Positions 22,736 through 36,357 of a DNA stretch of 64,000 nt are shown one piece after another. A program made the position numbers and the translations under genes. The notes beneath the pieces were generated by a model, which was not told the origin of the DNA, did no database searches, and saw nothing but the letters and a program-made list of their open reading frames with translations. The stretch's first letter is position 1. Each line of letters begins with the position of its first letter. Origin of the DNA: Antechinus flavipes (lineage: Eukaryota); contig NC_067399.1 of the NCBI RefSeq assembly GCF_016432865.1, positions 633,702,001 through 633,766,000 on the forward strand, read 5' to 3'.

Positions 22736-23521
22736 TATGAAAGGGTCCCAAGAGATAGAAACTGTATCTTTCGCATTTAGGAGGACCAAGGCACAAAACT
22801 GATGGCTTGGTCTTCTCAACAGTGTCTTCTGGACTGAAGTCAGAGATAGAAAATTTGCCCAGCTTCCTTTGGGGAGAGTAATTATAATGGGTCACAAGAT
22901 CTTTAAGAAGAAAAGTTAAGCTAATCTTGGACCAGAAACTTACCCCAAGGGAGAATTTCTTTCCCTGCATTTACTGCAATGTGAACCCAAGGAACAGGAA
23001 TAATGGTTCACATACTCTGTCCATGTCCACTTTCCCCAGTTCTAGTAAATATTTGGCAAGTATACTACTCCCACAAGAACAAATCCTTTCATCCTCTTGG
23101 CAAGGATATATGTGGGTGTCTCCCCCCTATCATGTCAGTTAAAATAGAAATATTTTGTAATCACCCTCCCTAAATTATTTTATTTTATTTTTAAATAAGC
23201 TCAAATTAGTAACATTTGTCTCCACCATATGGGTCTGGAATCTTACAAACTTTGTTGAGAGGAGCATGACTAATGTAGTATAGGCTAGCAGGGCAAGAAA
23301 CTGGAAGAAAGTTGATGGGGTCCAAGAGAATTCAAGTATATAATAAGTAAAAAATATCAGGAAAATCTGGAGGCCCAAGCTGGGAAAAGGGTATGGTAGT
23401 GGGGGAGTGGGACAGACAGATTGTTTTGGGCTGATTCTTATGTAGCTGATCTAATATGTCTTGGAAGAATATTGGAAAAGGAAACATATTGTATGTGAAG
23501 GTCACTGTTGGGAAGTATTTT

Positions 23522-23582
23522 TGTAGACAAGACAGTTCAGTCATTTTTTTTCTGTAGACAAGACAGTTCAGTCATTTTTTTT
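23522..23582. repeat. Perfect 30-bp direct duplication (period 31)
   Basis: tgtagacaagacagttcagtcatttttttt at 23522-23551 and 23553-23582. Confidence 0.95.
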
Positions 23583-23749
23583 TAAAGCACTTGAAAATTT
23601 TGAGTACATTAATATTTCATGTCAAACACCATCAGTTTACCATGTTGGAGGTTATGGTTAGGGTCTGACTTGGTACCCATAGCTGTTAGGTCCCATTCAA
23701 AAGGCAATCTCCAACTCAGAGAAGAACCTCTCATTCTTCCAATCCTTCC

Positions 23750-23750
<1 letters not shown>

Positions 23751-23794
<44 letters not shown>
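23751..23794. repeat. (AC)22 microsatellite
   Basis: Seen directly. Confidence 0.95.
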
Positions 23795-23796
<2 letters not shown>

Positions 23797-25099
23797 CCTC
23801 AGCTTAAAGGAGAGAAAATACTGCCTGCCCATTGTGAATGCACTATTCTGGCAATCCAAAGACCTAAATAATATAGCCACAGTAGTGGGATTGAGTAAGA
23901 CAGAGGAATGGATTGATGTATGTATATATGTATAGAGAGACAGACAGACAGTTAGATAGATAGATAGATGATGGATAGATGGAATGATAGATGGTTCTCT
24001 ATACAATTTTTCTTCTCAATAAAAGAACTGATATCAACAATTGATATTTACAGTGATTTTTTTTTTCACTAGATCCTCACAGAAATCCTATGAATTAGAC
24101 ACTAGATGTATTCTCTGTATTTTACAACTGAAGAAATTTAAGATCAGAGTGACTAAGTAACTGGCTGGTGATTTAGCTGTTTAGAAAATTTTAGAAAGTG
24201 AATTCAAATCCAGGTCTCTCTTTTCTATTTTTCTAGGCCCCAAAACTCTATTAGACTAAGTTGTTTTCTTCTTTGATGAGTGGCCAAAGGCCACAGCTGC
24301 ACATGTGTTTAAAGTCTATATCATTATCATAGATTGCATCCTAAATCAGACTGGATGAGTATAGTTTTGTGAAAGAATGAGAAGCACAAACTATCAACAG
24401 AAGCAAAAATAAATCATGGTCTTTGGGCTTTTCCTTTAGCCCATTTTTTAAAAATCAAAAACTCTTCACATGCAAACATATATACATACATATATATATA
24501 TACATATATTATAACAAATTAAATATAAAGTCTACATATTTATAGAAATATAAGATTATACCAAGACATTTGTATCCTGTATGTATTTGTATATCTACAT
24601 ATAAACCTTGCTTCTACACAAACATAAAGATTTAGGGAGAATGAATATCATTATGACCTTCTGTGACTGAATTCAAAGAACCAAAGAGGTCTAGGAATAA
24701 GTAATGTTTGTGTTGGCTTATTTCTGTACCATAAATCCACGGACATCCCCTCTGTCCTCCATCCCTATATATTTAAGTCTCCCAAAGGTATTCCCAGCGG
24801 CTCAAACAACAACAAAAGAGATAAGTTTCTTGGACTTCCCTACAGAATTAATATTATACAGTCCATTGGCCCATACTTAGTTTTGCATTTTCCCTAGGCC
24901 CTTGGGCTCAAGCACCTCACTTCCCTTTCCCTAAATGGAGAATTTCTGTCTTGCCATGGGCAACTTCCTCTCACTATGCTTTCCCAGTGGGCTAGCAAAG
25001 TAGACAGACTATCAGCTGTATGATGACTTTCAATGGACCTGTGGTTTACAGGATTTAGGTGTAAGAAAGAAACTTAATCACTGTCCAGACTAATCCTCT

Positions 25100-25310
25100 C
25101 ATTTGGTAGACATTGTCTTTCAGTCATTTCAGTCCCATTCAACTCTTTGTGAACCCATTGAGGTTTTCTTGGCAGAGATCCTGGAGTGATTTGCCATTTT
25201 CTTCTCCAGCCCATTTTACAGATGAGGGTTAAGTGACTTGCCCAGGTTAAGTGACAGTAAATCTTCTCAATGAAGATGAGTTTTCTTGACTCCAAATCCA
25301 GCATTGTAAA
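25100..25310 (-). mobile_element. MAR1/WALLSI1-type SINE
   Basis: cagtcatttcagtccc...ggcagagatcctggagtgatttgccattttcttctccagc. Confidence 0.75.
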
Positions 25311-25861
25311 CAGATAAAGAAACTGGAAACCTAGAGAAATTTTGATTTTCAGAGTCATACCACAAGAGAGATAGGTTTTGGACTCAAGTATTTGACTTCA
25401 AATTCAGTACTTTTCCCATAATTCCATATTGCTTTCTGTGTTTAGAGAAAGACTTTTAAATTGTGATATTTTGGGGAACACAAACAGACTAAGAGGCTAG
25501 ATTCCAATCTGCATTATTTCTTCTTCCATTGGTGCTGGGGACATCATGATTACTGATACACTTGTTTTGTGTCCTCTTGGGTACCATGTCCTCCATCAAG
25601 CCTTTCAAGAGTAATACTAGTCCTCAATGCTCTTACCTCCTTGTGGGAATTTTTCCATTTATTTGGCAATGAATCCTTCATTACCCTGATTTCTATAGTG
25701 TACTCTCATCTAAACATTTACAAGTAGAATTCTTGACTAAAGTTACTACTTCTTTGAAAGGCAAGAACTAGCTATACCTTGCTAATAGAGCTACAATTTT
25801 AACATATAGTCTTCAATTAACACTCAAGGGATATTAAAAATGTAGGCAAATGGATGACTCA

Positions 25862-26075
25862 TTAAATAGAGCACTGGAGCTGGAGTCAGAAAGATGGGCG
25901 TTCAAATCTGACCTCAAACATTTACTAGCTGTACGACTCAGTTTGCCTTAATCTAATGGAGAAAGAAATGGCAAACCATTCCAGTATCTTTGCCAAGAAA
26001 ACCCCATGGACAGTATCGGCAGGCTATGGTCCACGTAATCATGAAGAGTTGGACACAACTGAAAAACTGAACAAT
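25862..26075 (+). mobile_element. MAR1/WALLSI1-type SINE (internally deleted)
   Basis: ggagtcagaaagatgggcgttcaaatc...gaaatggcaaaccattccagtatctttgccaagaaaacccc. Confidence 0.75.
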
Positions 26076-27459
26076 GACAATATTAAAAATAAGAAGGAGA
26101 AGGGATGTGAGGAAATTGAAATGAAAATGACTCTTGTAGAGTGGAATGATCCCACACAAAGCCTTGGAAAGAATATTAGACTGAATCAGAAAACCTGGAT
26201 TTAAATGATCAGCAAGTCAAGATTTCTCTGAGTTCTAGTAATTGTTCTATTGACTTTAAAGAGTTATTGTAAAGATCGTAAATATTCAAGCACTAAGAAA
26301 ATTATCTTCATTGTTTTTATCATCATCATCATGATCATCACTACAGTCTTCCTTGTCATCATTTTATCAGAAAGCTGCTCAAAGGGGCTGGAGTTAGTTT
26401 TCACTATAAAAGATTGTTAAAAAATATAGGGGAAGAAATCATTGACCTTCTGACTGATAAATAGTACCACTTTCATCCTGACCTCCCTGGCATTGGAAAT
26501 ATTGCTGAAATCTACATTTCTTATGTCCTACTTTGCTCTCATTGAATATAGTCATGTAGACACCTTCAACTTAACCCAGAATGGTCTTTCACTCTCTAGA
26601 ACTACTTCTTTTCTCCAGGAGGGTCTTTCTCTTCCAACCTCTTCATTATCCTTCCTCTGCCTTAGTATTGCTGGCCTGTGTAAGAAGAGAAAATAAATTT
26701 TTCTGGGATCCTCACATGTCTTCAGGATAGGACAAAATTGTTCAAAAGAAATCTCACTTACTTTATAATTTTGAGAAAGGTCAACCCAACTTCAAGTTGG
26801 ATGTCCCCTTCTCTCCTCCTAGCCATCTTGTCTTATCCTCTCCCCTAATGTAGGCAGGACCATTCACTGTCATTTTAAAGAGAGAGATTCGGTATTGAGA
26901 CTCCAGAACCTTAACTGAATTTGATATCATCTACATGATGCATATTGAACTTCCAAATGGTACCCATTTAAGCTGCCTGCCTTGTCTTCCCACTTTTCTT
27001 CTATGGGGGCTTATCTGCAGTCAGATTTTCTAATAAACTGGTTTTCTTGTAGATACAAAATACCACACAAGAGGAACCAATGGTTGATCCAGCGTGGTGT
27101 TGTCTATATTTTCATATTTCTATATTTTCCCTCCTTCTCATCCATACTATGTAGAGTTTAAAAAAAAAAAAAAAGAAATTCACTTTTCCAGATACAAACT
27201 ATTCTTTTGAATACAAACACTAGTGATGTTCCTGCTCTATGTTCTCACCATAAACTCTGTCAAAATATTTTCAATAAGATGTAACTGGTTATACTCTTGT
27301 GTGCCTGATATCAAACAATTAAAGAGGTTCAGTAATAATTGCCATTTGTATTATATTGGTTTTCCAGTCCAAATATATGCTTTATCCCTTGAGATCATGT
27401 GTCTGTTCTTCTTCGATGGCTTAGAATGTGTCTCAACCCTCCTCATGGGAAGACAATAG

Positions 27460-27690
27460 GTATCAGCTGGGCCAACCACACAGCAGCTCCAATATGGCCA
27501 TCAGCTCTGCAGCTTTGTTCAATGAATTATTTTTTAATTTTAATATCTACATGGCTGTTTGCCCAACTGCTTTAAAAACACCAGCTGTGTACCAGGCTTT
27601 CTCTCTCATCTGCTGGTGTGAAGGAAGAGCAGCTGAGGAAGTGACCCATCCTTCAGGGAAGGTTGTTGCTTTGTAGACATTTGTGCCCGT
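27460..27690. promoter_or_regulatory. E-box cluster, candidate bHLH enhancer
   Basis: CAGCTG at 27464, 27582 and 27630; CAACTG 27564; CATCTG 27607; CATTTG 27678; ETS-type GGAAGT 27637. Confidence 0.4.
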
Positions 27691-28189
27691 CAAGGAGATA
27701 AAACAGAATTAAAATCAAGTTAATGGGGGAATTCTGGAGGGAGATCCCTTTCCCTCTTCCTGCTTCACAAACTGTCTGTTGGTCATTTTAAACTTCATTT
27801 CTCATAGGCATTTCAGACTCAACAGATCCAAATCAGAGATTATTCTTCCCACCCCCCCAATCCCATCTTTTTTTAAAAAAACTTCTTTATTACTATTGAG
27901 GACACCAACATCATTCTCAAGTCTTCAGTTTTTCCTCACCCTATATAGCCAATCTATTGTCAAATTTTGTGATTTCTTTCTCTTTATCTCCCAGATATTG
28001 CCCTCTCTTTTCACATAGCCACCAAGCCTAGTCTAGGCTTGTATCATGTCTCATGTAGAAATCTTGCCAATAGTCTCTTAACTAGTAATTCTGGGGAAGA
28101 GTTGTTATTCACTCATGTCTGACTCTTTGTAACTCCATTTCAGTTTTGGCTTTTTGGTTCCTTTATTAGTTTTGGGAGGGTTGGGGTAG

Positions 28190-28460
28190 CTAGTAGGTGA
28201 CACCATAGAGCAGAATTCTGAGTCTGGAGTTAGAAAGACTCATCTTCCTGAGTTCAAAATCAGCTTCAGAGACACTTAATAGTTGTATGACCCTGGACAA
28301 ATCATTTAACCCTGTTTTCCTCAGTTTCCTTCTGTAAAATAAGCTGGAGAAGGAAATGGCAAACTGTTCCATTATCTTGGCAAAGATAATTCACTTCAAT
28401 TCACTTCATCCTGTTTATCTCAGTTTACTCATCTGTAAAATAAACTGGAGAAGGAAATGG
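28190..28460 (+). mobile_element. MAR1/WALLSI1-type SINE with a second partial CORE/tail copy
   Basis: ctgtaaaataa(g/a)ctggagaaggaaatgg occurs near 28332 and 28433. Confidence 0.7.
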
Positions 28461-29297
28461 GCTGACCCCTGTCATAAATCACAGATTTGTAACCAGAAGG
28501 ACCCTAAGTGACTATATATTCTAAGATCTTCACTTATGGATGAGGAAACTGAGACCCAAAGAGACAAGGAAACATTAACACAGGGAGATCCAGATAGGAA
28601 ATAGCAGAGCTGGAAAATGAACCCAAGTATTCAGACCTAGAAGTTCAGCACTCTATTTGTCTTATGTATGTGGTATATTCAGTTCCTTTTGCACTAGCTC
28701 TCCCCAGAGAAAATTGAAATGTCCACATTGGTCAGTTATTCCTTAGGACTAAAGGCTCTAGTGAAAATGCTACTGTGTGATCCAGGAAGGCAATAACAAT
28801 AGAGCCTGACTTCTCAATTCTACAGTCAAGCAATATGTATTCATTGGGTCCCAAAGTACCAGACTTTTTAAGAGGAGGGCCAAGAACAATTCTGATTTCC
28901 TCCAGCACTGAAATTCAAATGTCAAATCTCAGAGAGAATCAGAATCCTATCCCATAATAATAACAACATGATAGGATAGGTGCTTATATCTTTAGTATAG
29001 CTTTCCGGCAGAATAGCGATTATAAGCAATCTGTAGGGCCACTATCTTTATAACCATTTATTTTTATAAATATGAAAACTGAGGCCCAGAGGAGATAAGT
29101 CACTAGTCCATAGACACCTAGCAAATTAGTAATAAAGGACTTAAGAGTTGTCTGACTTGTAAGCCAGGGCTTTTCCCATTACCCATGCTATTACTGTCCT
29201 AAGAATAGAGAAGTCAGTTTTTTGAGGTTTGCAAAATACCCTCTTTAAATAATTTTATTTGATCCTTACTTGTTAACAACTCAGTCAAAGAAGTGCT

Positions 29298-29498
29298 AAG
29301 GGTTTTATAACGTTTTTATGGGTTATGGATCCCATTAGCAATAGGGTACCTTTCTCAGAAAAAAAAATGTTTTTAAATGCATAAAATAAAACATATAGGA
29401 TTACAAAGGTTGATGAAAATACTGATTCACTTTCCCCCATTCAAGATCACGGACTCTTTAAAATCTCTCAGTGGACACCAGATAAACACCCCTGTCCT
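29298..29498 (+). mobile_element. hAT-Charlie-type non-autonomous DNA transposon (family not assigned)
   Basis: ttctcagaa...tgtttttaaatgcataaaataaaacatataggattacaaagg...aacacccctg. Confidence 0.6.
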
Positions 29499-29764
29499 AG
29501 AGGCCCTTGTTCCTAATATACAATTTCATTAATGAATCCCAGATCTCTTTCACCAAGACAAAGCAGTTTTTGAGAGTAACTTGGGGATACTGAGAGACTA
29601 AGCCCATTGGTTTATAGCTGGTATGAATTGAGGTCAGTTTGACACTGAGGTCAGCTTTCTATGGACTAAGCCATAATGTTTCTCACTACAGGTATTAACT
29701 GACTCCATTTTACCTAAGTGAGTCCCTGCCAGGTAACTCAAGCTGTTCATGTGCTTAGTTAGGT

Positions 29765-30010
29765 TAGGTAGCAGAATGCAGTACTTAAGAAGACCTGAAT
29801 TTAAATTCTCCCTTAGACACTTACTAGTTGTGTGACCTTGGGCAAATTATAATCTTTTTCTGCCTCAGTTTCCTCATTTGAAAAAAGGGGTGATAAAAGT
29901 AGCTACCCACAGTGTTATAGTGAGGATAAAATTAGTTAAGAGATATGTTAAAAAAAAAAAAAACTTTCTAAATCTTAAAGCACTATGCAAAAACTAGTTA
30001 TTTTATTATT
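29765..30010 (+). mobile_element. MIR
   Basis: agacacttactagttgtgtgaccttgggcaa...tgcctcagtttcctcat. Confidence 0.8.
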
Positions 30011-30179
30011 GATAATTATTATTTTTAAACCTTGGAAATGTTGAGGGAGTTTCCCATCTAGTAAATCAAACCTAGGTCTTCCTAGATCCAAAATTCTCTT
30101 TCATTAAGACAATATTATAACTGACTTTCACAAATACCCAAATTAAGTATAAAGGACATATCAAAAGAGATATTATCTG

Positions 30180-30445
30180 CATTAAGAGAAAAAACTGATA
30201 AATATAAGTATATATAGAATAATTTTACACATATTTGTGTCTGATGGTAACCATTTCTGAGGCATGGTTAAAAGGAGGGAAGAAAAGAAAAGAAATTCAC
30301 ATGATAATTTGTTGTATATTTGAAAGAAATACCAAATTGTACATAGTAGATTTGCAATTTTATGCACAATCATCTTCTTTTTATTCTATTTATGTTATAG
30401 AAGTGTTTGTCTTATTCCACAAATTAAAAATAAAATAAAATGAAT
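30180..30445 (+). mobile_element. L1 3' terminal fragment
   Basis: atttgtgtctgatggtaaccatttctgaggcatgg...A-rich end. Confidence 0.55.
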
Positions 30446-30679
30446 TGACTTTTACCTCACTTGAATCTTTTAATAGCTGTGTATAGTAGGTCATAGGTAA
30501 GATAAGTATTAGCTCCATTATACTGATGAAAAAAACTGAGGCTTGGAAAGCTTGTTAAAGTTTAGGAAGGTAAATTTAATTCCATAAGCACTTATTAAGC
30601 ATCTGTGACATTTGAATTTAGATCTTCCCAACCCCAGGTTCAGCATCCTATTCACTGTACCAACTGTTTCCCCACCACA

Positions 30680-31230
30680 ACCATTGTAAGAGAGTCAGCT
30701 CATTTGCATGGTACTCCTCCCTTTCAGCAGATGTAAAAGACTGCAGCAGGTTTCAACTTAACCTATAGCCACCCACTAATAAGTTTAAGATAAAAGGCCA
30801 ATACATTTAAATAAGATTCAGACATAATGTAATAGTATTTGTTACCAAGCTCCATCTAATTATATTAGTCAATCTTTTATTACCAGGCTCACAAGTGCAG
30901 AGAACTCTATTATAATCTCTCTTTATAATGGTCTCCTCACTATCTGACTCCTCGAACTCTGCAATAAATTAATCATCTGTTCGCAATCATGAGTAAACAT
31001 CAACTCAATTAACAATTGATAAATAAACAGTTGGCTCTGGAGACTAAGGCTATTATAAATGGGAGCATAAGTCTGAGTTTCTGCCAGATATCTGCTCAGC
31101 TGGTTAGTTCAGAAATTAGGATGGGCGCTCTTAGGGTGGTGTTTCCCCTGCTGGATGGCTCTGGCTTGCTGCCTATCATCAAATAGCTTGAAATAAGATG
31201 TTTCTTCCCCCATCTGAGCTATCTAGTTCT
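30680..31230. promoter_or_regulatory. Candidate conserved non-coding element
   Basis: Repeat-free; octamer ATTTGCAT 30702-30709, many TAAT cores, TAAACA, CAGCTG 31097. Confidence 0.3.
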
Positions 31231-31479
31231 TTCTGCTAAACATGCATGGGGATGTCACCATCTTCCTTTTACTTGATTCAAAGTAAGACTGTTATTTCTT
31301 AGTCACCATTTTGTAATCTCAACCTCCCCAAATATCTGGGTGGAAAGAAAAAAACATTTAGCAGGGAGGAAAGAAACTTAGTATCTCACATAAAACTTCA
31401 TATACATAGTAACACCATATTTAAAAAGTTATACTATAAAGATCAACATAACATGGTTCAAATCAGGCTCCACACAATT

Positions 31480-33540
31480 TAACTGTGGAATCTCAAGTCT
31501 AGCATTTACCTTTGATCCAAATCTTCTATAGCAGACTGCAACATCGATTATTCTGTCTTTGTCTCTCTATCTCTGAGATTTTTTTTCTCTCTATTTCTGT
31601 GTTTCTGTGTCTATCTCTCTCCAATCTTTTCCTCTCTCCTAATTCTTTCTCCATGGCCTTCAAACACTCCTGAATCTCCTCTACCTTTAATAATATTTTT
31701 TTCTTAAAATCTCGCTATATCTCATTAATCTCTCAAAATAATGCCCTGTATTTCTCTCTCTCTTCTCAAACTACTAGAAATTTACTTCCATTTGCTCTCC
31801 TCTCATTCACTTCTCAAACCTTTAAAATTTGTCTTCCACCCTCATCAGCAGACAAAATGCCCTCTTCAAAGTTATGAATGATAGAGAAGTTGACAAATCT
31901 GAGGCTATATTTTTTTTCAGTCTTCATCCTCAACCTATTGATATATTTATCTTCAATCTCCTTTGATATATTTTGGTTCATATCATGCCTCTTTAAAAAG
32001 TGGATATTGCACAAGACTTTGCCCTAGTCCTTTTTTCCACTATTCTTTCTCTTTTTGTGAAAAAGATAAGCTCCCTTGGATTTAATTATCAATTCAAGAG
32101 CCAATGACTCACAGATCTATATATCCAGCCCCATTCATTCCATTGAATTTTCATTCTACCTTTGCTGTTACTATATTTTTTCAGTCAACCCCATTTCTTG
32201 GCAAAGATCCTGTAATGGTTTGCCATTTCCTTCTGCAGTTCATTTGAGGAAACTGAGGCAAGCAGGGTTAAATGACTTTCTAGAATCATATAGCTAGTAA
32301 GTGTTTAAGACTGGATTTGAATTCAGGAAATTGAGTCTCTTCCTGACTTCAAGCCCAGCACTTTATTTATTTTATCACCTAATTGCCCCTCATTCTGCAT
32401 TGTTCAGTCATTTTTTCAATCATATCTGACTATTTATAACCCCATTGTTTTTTGTTTTTGTTTTTGACAAAGATACTGGAGTGGTTTGCCTGTCTTTCTG
32501 CAGCTCATTTTACAGATGGAGAAACTGAGGCAAACAGGGTTAAGTGACTTATCCAGCAGGGCCATATAGCTAGCACCATTTGCATCCTGCAAATTTTTAA
32601 CTGGAAATTCCAAAGGGATCTCAAACTCAATATGTCCACCACAGAAACCATTATCTACAACTCCTTTGTCAAAGTTCCTTATTTCTGTCAAAGGCACTGC
32701 CATTTTTCCAGTGTCCCGGGGTTGTAATTTCAACATTATACTCAATGCCTCCATTTTCCTCATCTCAATTCTCCAGTCAATTGGCAAAGTAGGCCATTTC
32801 TTCCTTCACAATATCTCTTGTTCCAATCCTTTCTCTCTAGACTTATCCACCATCCTCATCAGGCCCTCATTATCTCGCCTAGATCATTGCAACAGGCATC
32901 TAATAGATTACCTTGCCTCAAGTCTCATCAACTCCAATCTCTCATCCACACAATACCAAAATAATCTTTCTTCCATGGATACCTGATCATGTAATTCCTT
33001 AGTCAACTTTTTTAATTTCCAATTGCCCCTAGGATAAAATATAAACTTCTCTCATTACCTTCTAGTCCTTTTCACAACCTGGTCCTAATCTCTCTGTCTG
33101 ATTGTGTCCTATGTTTCTCCCTTTTCCATAGTCAAACTGATCTTCTTTCTATTCCTCAGAGAGGATATTCTAGCCTTCTCTTTGTGTCTTTGAATTATAT
33201 ACGTTCCATTTTTGAATTGTGTGTTCTCCTTACCTCTGAATCACAAATCCTTCTTTTCCTTCAAGACTCAGTTGAAACAACACTTTCTTACTCTAGCCTT
33301 TGTGGCTCAATACCCCCATGAGCTACTAAGTCCTACCCCTCTCAAACTACCTTGTATTCAACTTCTTTGCATTTATTTACATATATTGCCTTTATTCCGG
33401 TCTGTATGTGCTTATTGTCAGCCCTATTAGATAGAATATGAGGTTCTTGAGAGCAGTTATTGTTTCCTTCTTTGTCTTTGTAGCCCCAGATCTTCTTAGT
33501 ACCTGGCATATAACAAGTAATTAGTAAATCAATAAATAAT
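31480..33540 (+). mobile_element. Long L2 fragment to its 3' end, interrupted by two SINEs
   Basis: ttatcaattcaagagccaatgactcacagatctatatatccagcc (YADD region); ctcaaactcaatatgtcc; 3' end tagtacctggcatataacaagtaattagtaaatc. Confidence 0.8.
32170..32575 (-). mobile_element. Two adjacent MAR1/WALLSI1-type SINEs nested in L2
   Basis: ttggcaaagatcctgtaatggtttgccatttcc (near 32200) and gacaaagatactggagtggtttgcc (near 32467), each followed by CORE. Confidence 0.75.
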
Positions 33541-35817
33541 TTTTGCTTGCTAATTTAACAGTTTAGTGACAAAAGGGGAGAAAAATTGTATAAAAAGAAA
33601 GAGTTACATACTTTGTTAAAGGATGTAAAATGTTGCTTATTTATAGATCAAAATTTTGATTCCTGAAAGGAACAGAAAAATAGCTGGCTGAGGAAAAACT
33701 GCTAAATTATGTTTATTAAGAAACTGCTTTCAGATAGAAATTTGCGTAGTTTTGAAAAGAAAATGGACTAAAATAAACACAAAAACTCAAATCATTTGCT
33801 AAAGATATTAGATGATACTTCATTTATATATAAACAGTTTACTGATTTAAAGGTGATGGATAATTTTTTTGTTAAAAATTAGGAAAAAATGGTTGCCAAG
33901 AAATAGTTTCAAGGATGCAAAATGAGATAGAGACCATGCTGAAAACCATAAGAGCTGAAGGACACTATGGTCCATCAGTTTGTTTGCATGTATTTTACAA
34001 CTAAATCATACAAATAGGAGAGTATGGTACAGGTTTAAATTTGAATTATAATATAGTTTATTATTCATGCATATAATTTAATAAATGAGTAGCTGTGTTA
34101 TTTTTATTCTTTCTTTTACTTTATTGCTATGTAGATGTTTAGGTTTCAGGTCTATAAGTATCATTTTTGTGGGTAGGTATCTGCACAAATAGAAATCCAT
34201 CAGTAAGGATTTTAAAGTGGTAAATTAAAAGGAAATCTATTTGCCCTTAATAGGATTGCCTCATAGTATCTTGAGAAAAATTGAGTATAATCATATAGTG
34301 GTGGTCCTTTCATGGAACCCAGCAAAGATTCTAGATCTGCTAATATGAAATCAGACTGGAAAGTAAGTGAGCCATTTCAGAGAATAAGTAGATATCTCTA
34401 AACTTAAGTGGGAAATCCTATAGATTATAAGTAAACAGACCACTTGTCTTTTTCATCTGGAATCTGAATTTAGTATTATAATAGTAACATTGATTGACTC
34501 ACAGAATATTAGAACTGGAATGAAACGAGACTACTTAATCTATATCTTGCATTCATAATAACTGAATGTGTATATTTTATCTGTTCTACAATACCTGATA
34601 TGGGTAATTGACAGGATTTTCCATTTTTACCTCATGTTTGGTAATCTCCCTCATCTATCCCATTTATATTATTTGATTATGTTGGGTCATAAGATTTGAA
34701 ATTATAAGGCACTGTAGTCCTTTTATAGCGCTATCTCTTCCAACCCTCTCACTTTAAGATGAAAAAATTAAGATCCATAACGGATACACAGAAACTAGCA
34801 CAGCTAAGATTCTAACATGACTACAAATCCCATGTTCTTTCTGTAAGTTATGTCACAGTATGCTGTTCAACCAAATTCAAATATTTTCTGAAAAAAAAAA
34901 AGAGGCATATTTGTGTAAGCTTAAGTGGGCTAGTTTGATGCCTAAAATTCTACCATCTTAGCTGAATCATCTTTAATTTTTTGTAAGTGACCAGAAGAGA
35001 ATGGAGATCATATACACTTGGGAGTGGTAGCAACAGTTACTAGCTTTTTGTTGGATACTTAAAACTTATTTATGGAACAAGACTCTGAATAAATCATTAA
35101 TAGTTATGATGAGCAATAATTGAGGATATTTATTCAAATTTTACTTCTTAATATATGATACCATTATCCTATTCTGAGAAGCCTAGCCTAGTAACTCTAC
35201 AGCATTGACATTTTAAATAGTTCTGGGAAAAATATTTGTGACAATAAGTCTTCCTTCCCCCAGGAGAAAATCCATGAACTTAGCAGAGGATAGAAGTATG
35301 ATATAAAGCATCATTTGAGTGAGGATTAATAAGGAAATAGAAGCAATATTGCAGTGAAAGCATGCTATAGACCAACTCTTCAGAAAGAGGGAATTAATGT
35401 GTTCTGGAAGCAGAATACAAAGCTATCATTGAGACATAATATAGTCATGAGGGAAAGTTCCAGCTATCTAGATATTTGCTAGTAATGACTATCTGAAATC
35501 TTTTTATACGTTACACTTCCCCTTCTTCCACACACTCTGCAATCCAGTGATAGATACTCCTTGCTGTTGCTTCAACAAGATGCTCCATTTCCTGACTTGG
35601 CATTTTCACTGGTTGCCTCCCCATACATGGAGTGTTCTCCCTTTATATGTTTCTGCCTCCTGGTTTCCTTCAATTCTCAGCTAAAATCCTACCTTCTACT
35701 TTACTTTCATGTCATGTTATCACCTGTCTGATGTTATGGTCCTCTTTGAGAAAGAAGGACAAACATTAACCTCTGTGAATAAAGCTGGCCCACAAACTAG
35801 AATTGGTCACTTGGGAG

Positions 35818-36280
35818 ACTTCTTCCTTCCTTCCTTCTTCCTTTCCTTCTTCCCTTCTTTTCTTTTCCCTTCCCTCCCTCCCTCCTTTCCTCCCATCTTT
35901 GTTTCCTCCTTCCCTCCTTCTCTTTCTACTTTCCTTCATTCTTACTTCCCCTTCTTCTTCTCTCCCTCCCTCCTTTCCTCCCCTCTTGCTTCCTCCTTTC
36001 TTCCCTCTCCTGCTCTTTCTGTTCCTTCTTCCTTCCCTTTCTTCCTTCCTTCCTTCCTTTTCTCCTTTCCTCCCTTTCTTTCTCCTTCCCTTCCTTCTTC
36101 CTTCCCTTTCTTCCTCTCTCCTTCCCTGACTTCCTGTCTCCTCCCTCCCTTTCTCCTTTTCTTCCTTCTCCCCTCCCTTGCTTCTTCCCTCTCTCCCTCC
36201 TTCTCTTCCTTCCTCCCTTCCTTGTTTGTCCCTTCCCTCCTTCTTTTCTTTTTTCCCACTTCCCTCCTTCCCTCCTCTCC
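35818..36280. repeat. About 460-bp almost pure pyrimidine (CT-rich) tract
   Basis: Seen directly; explains ORFs 35709-36357. Confidence 0.95.
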
Positions 36281-36357
36281 ACATAGGGTATCATACCCTT
36301 ACCTACAAATGCTGTTAAAAGCATTTTTTTTTCTTTTGTACCACTGAATCCTTCCAA

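Noticed and set aside
35709-36357. 105-212-aa S/P/F/L and R/K/E/G ORFs (also 60156-60501)
   Set aside because: Translations of CT/GA low-complexity tracts, open on both strands
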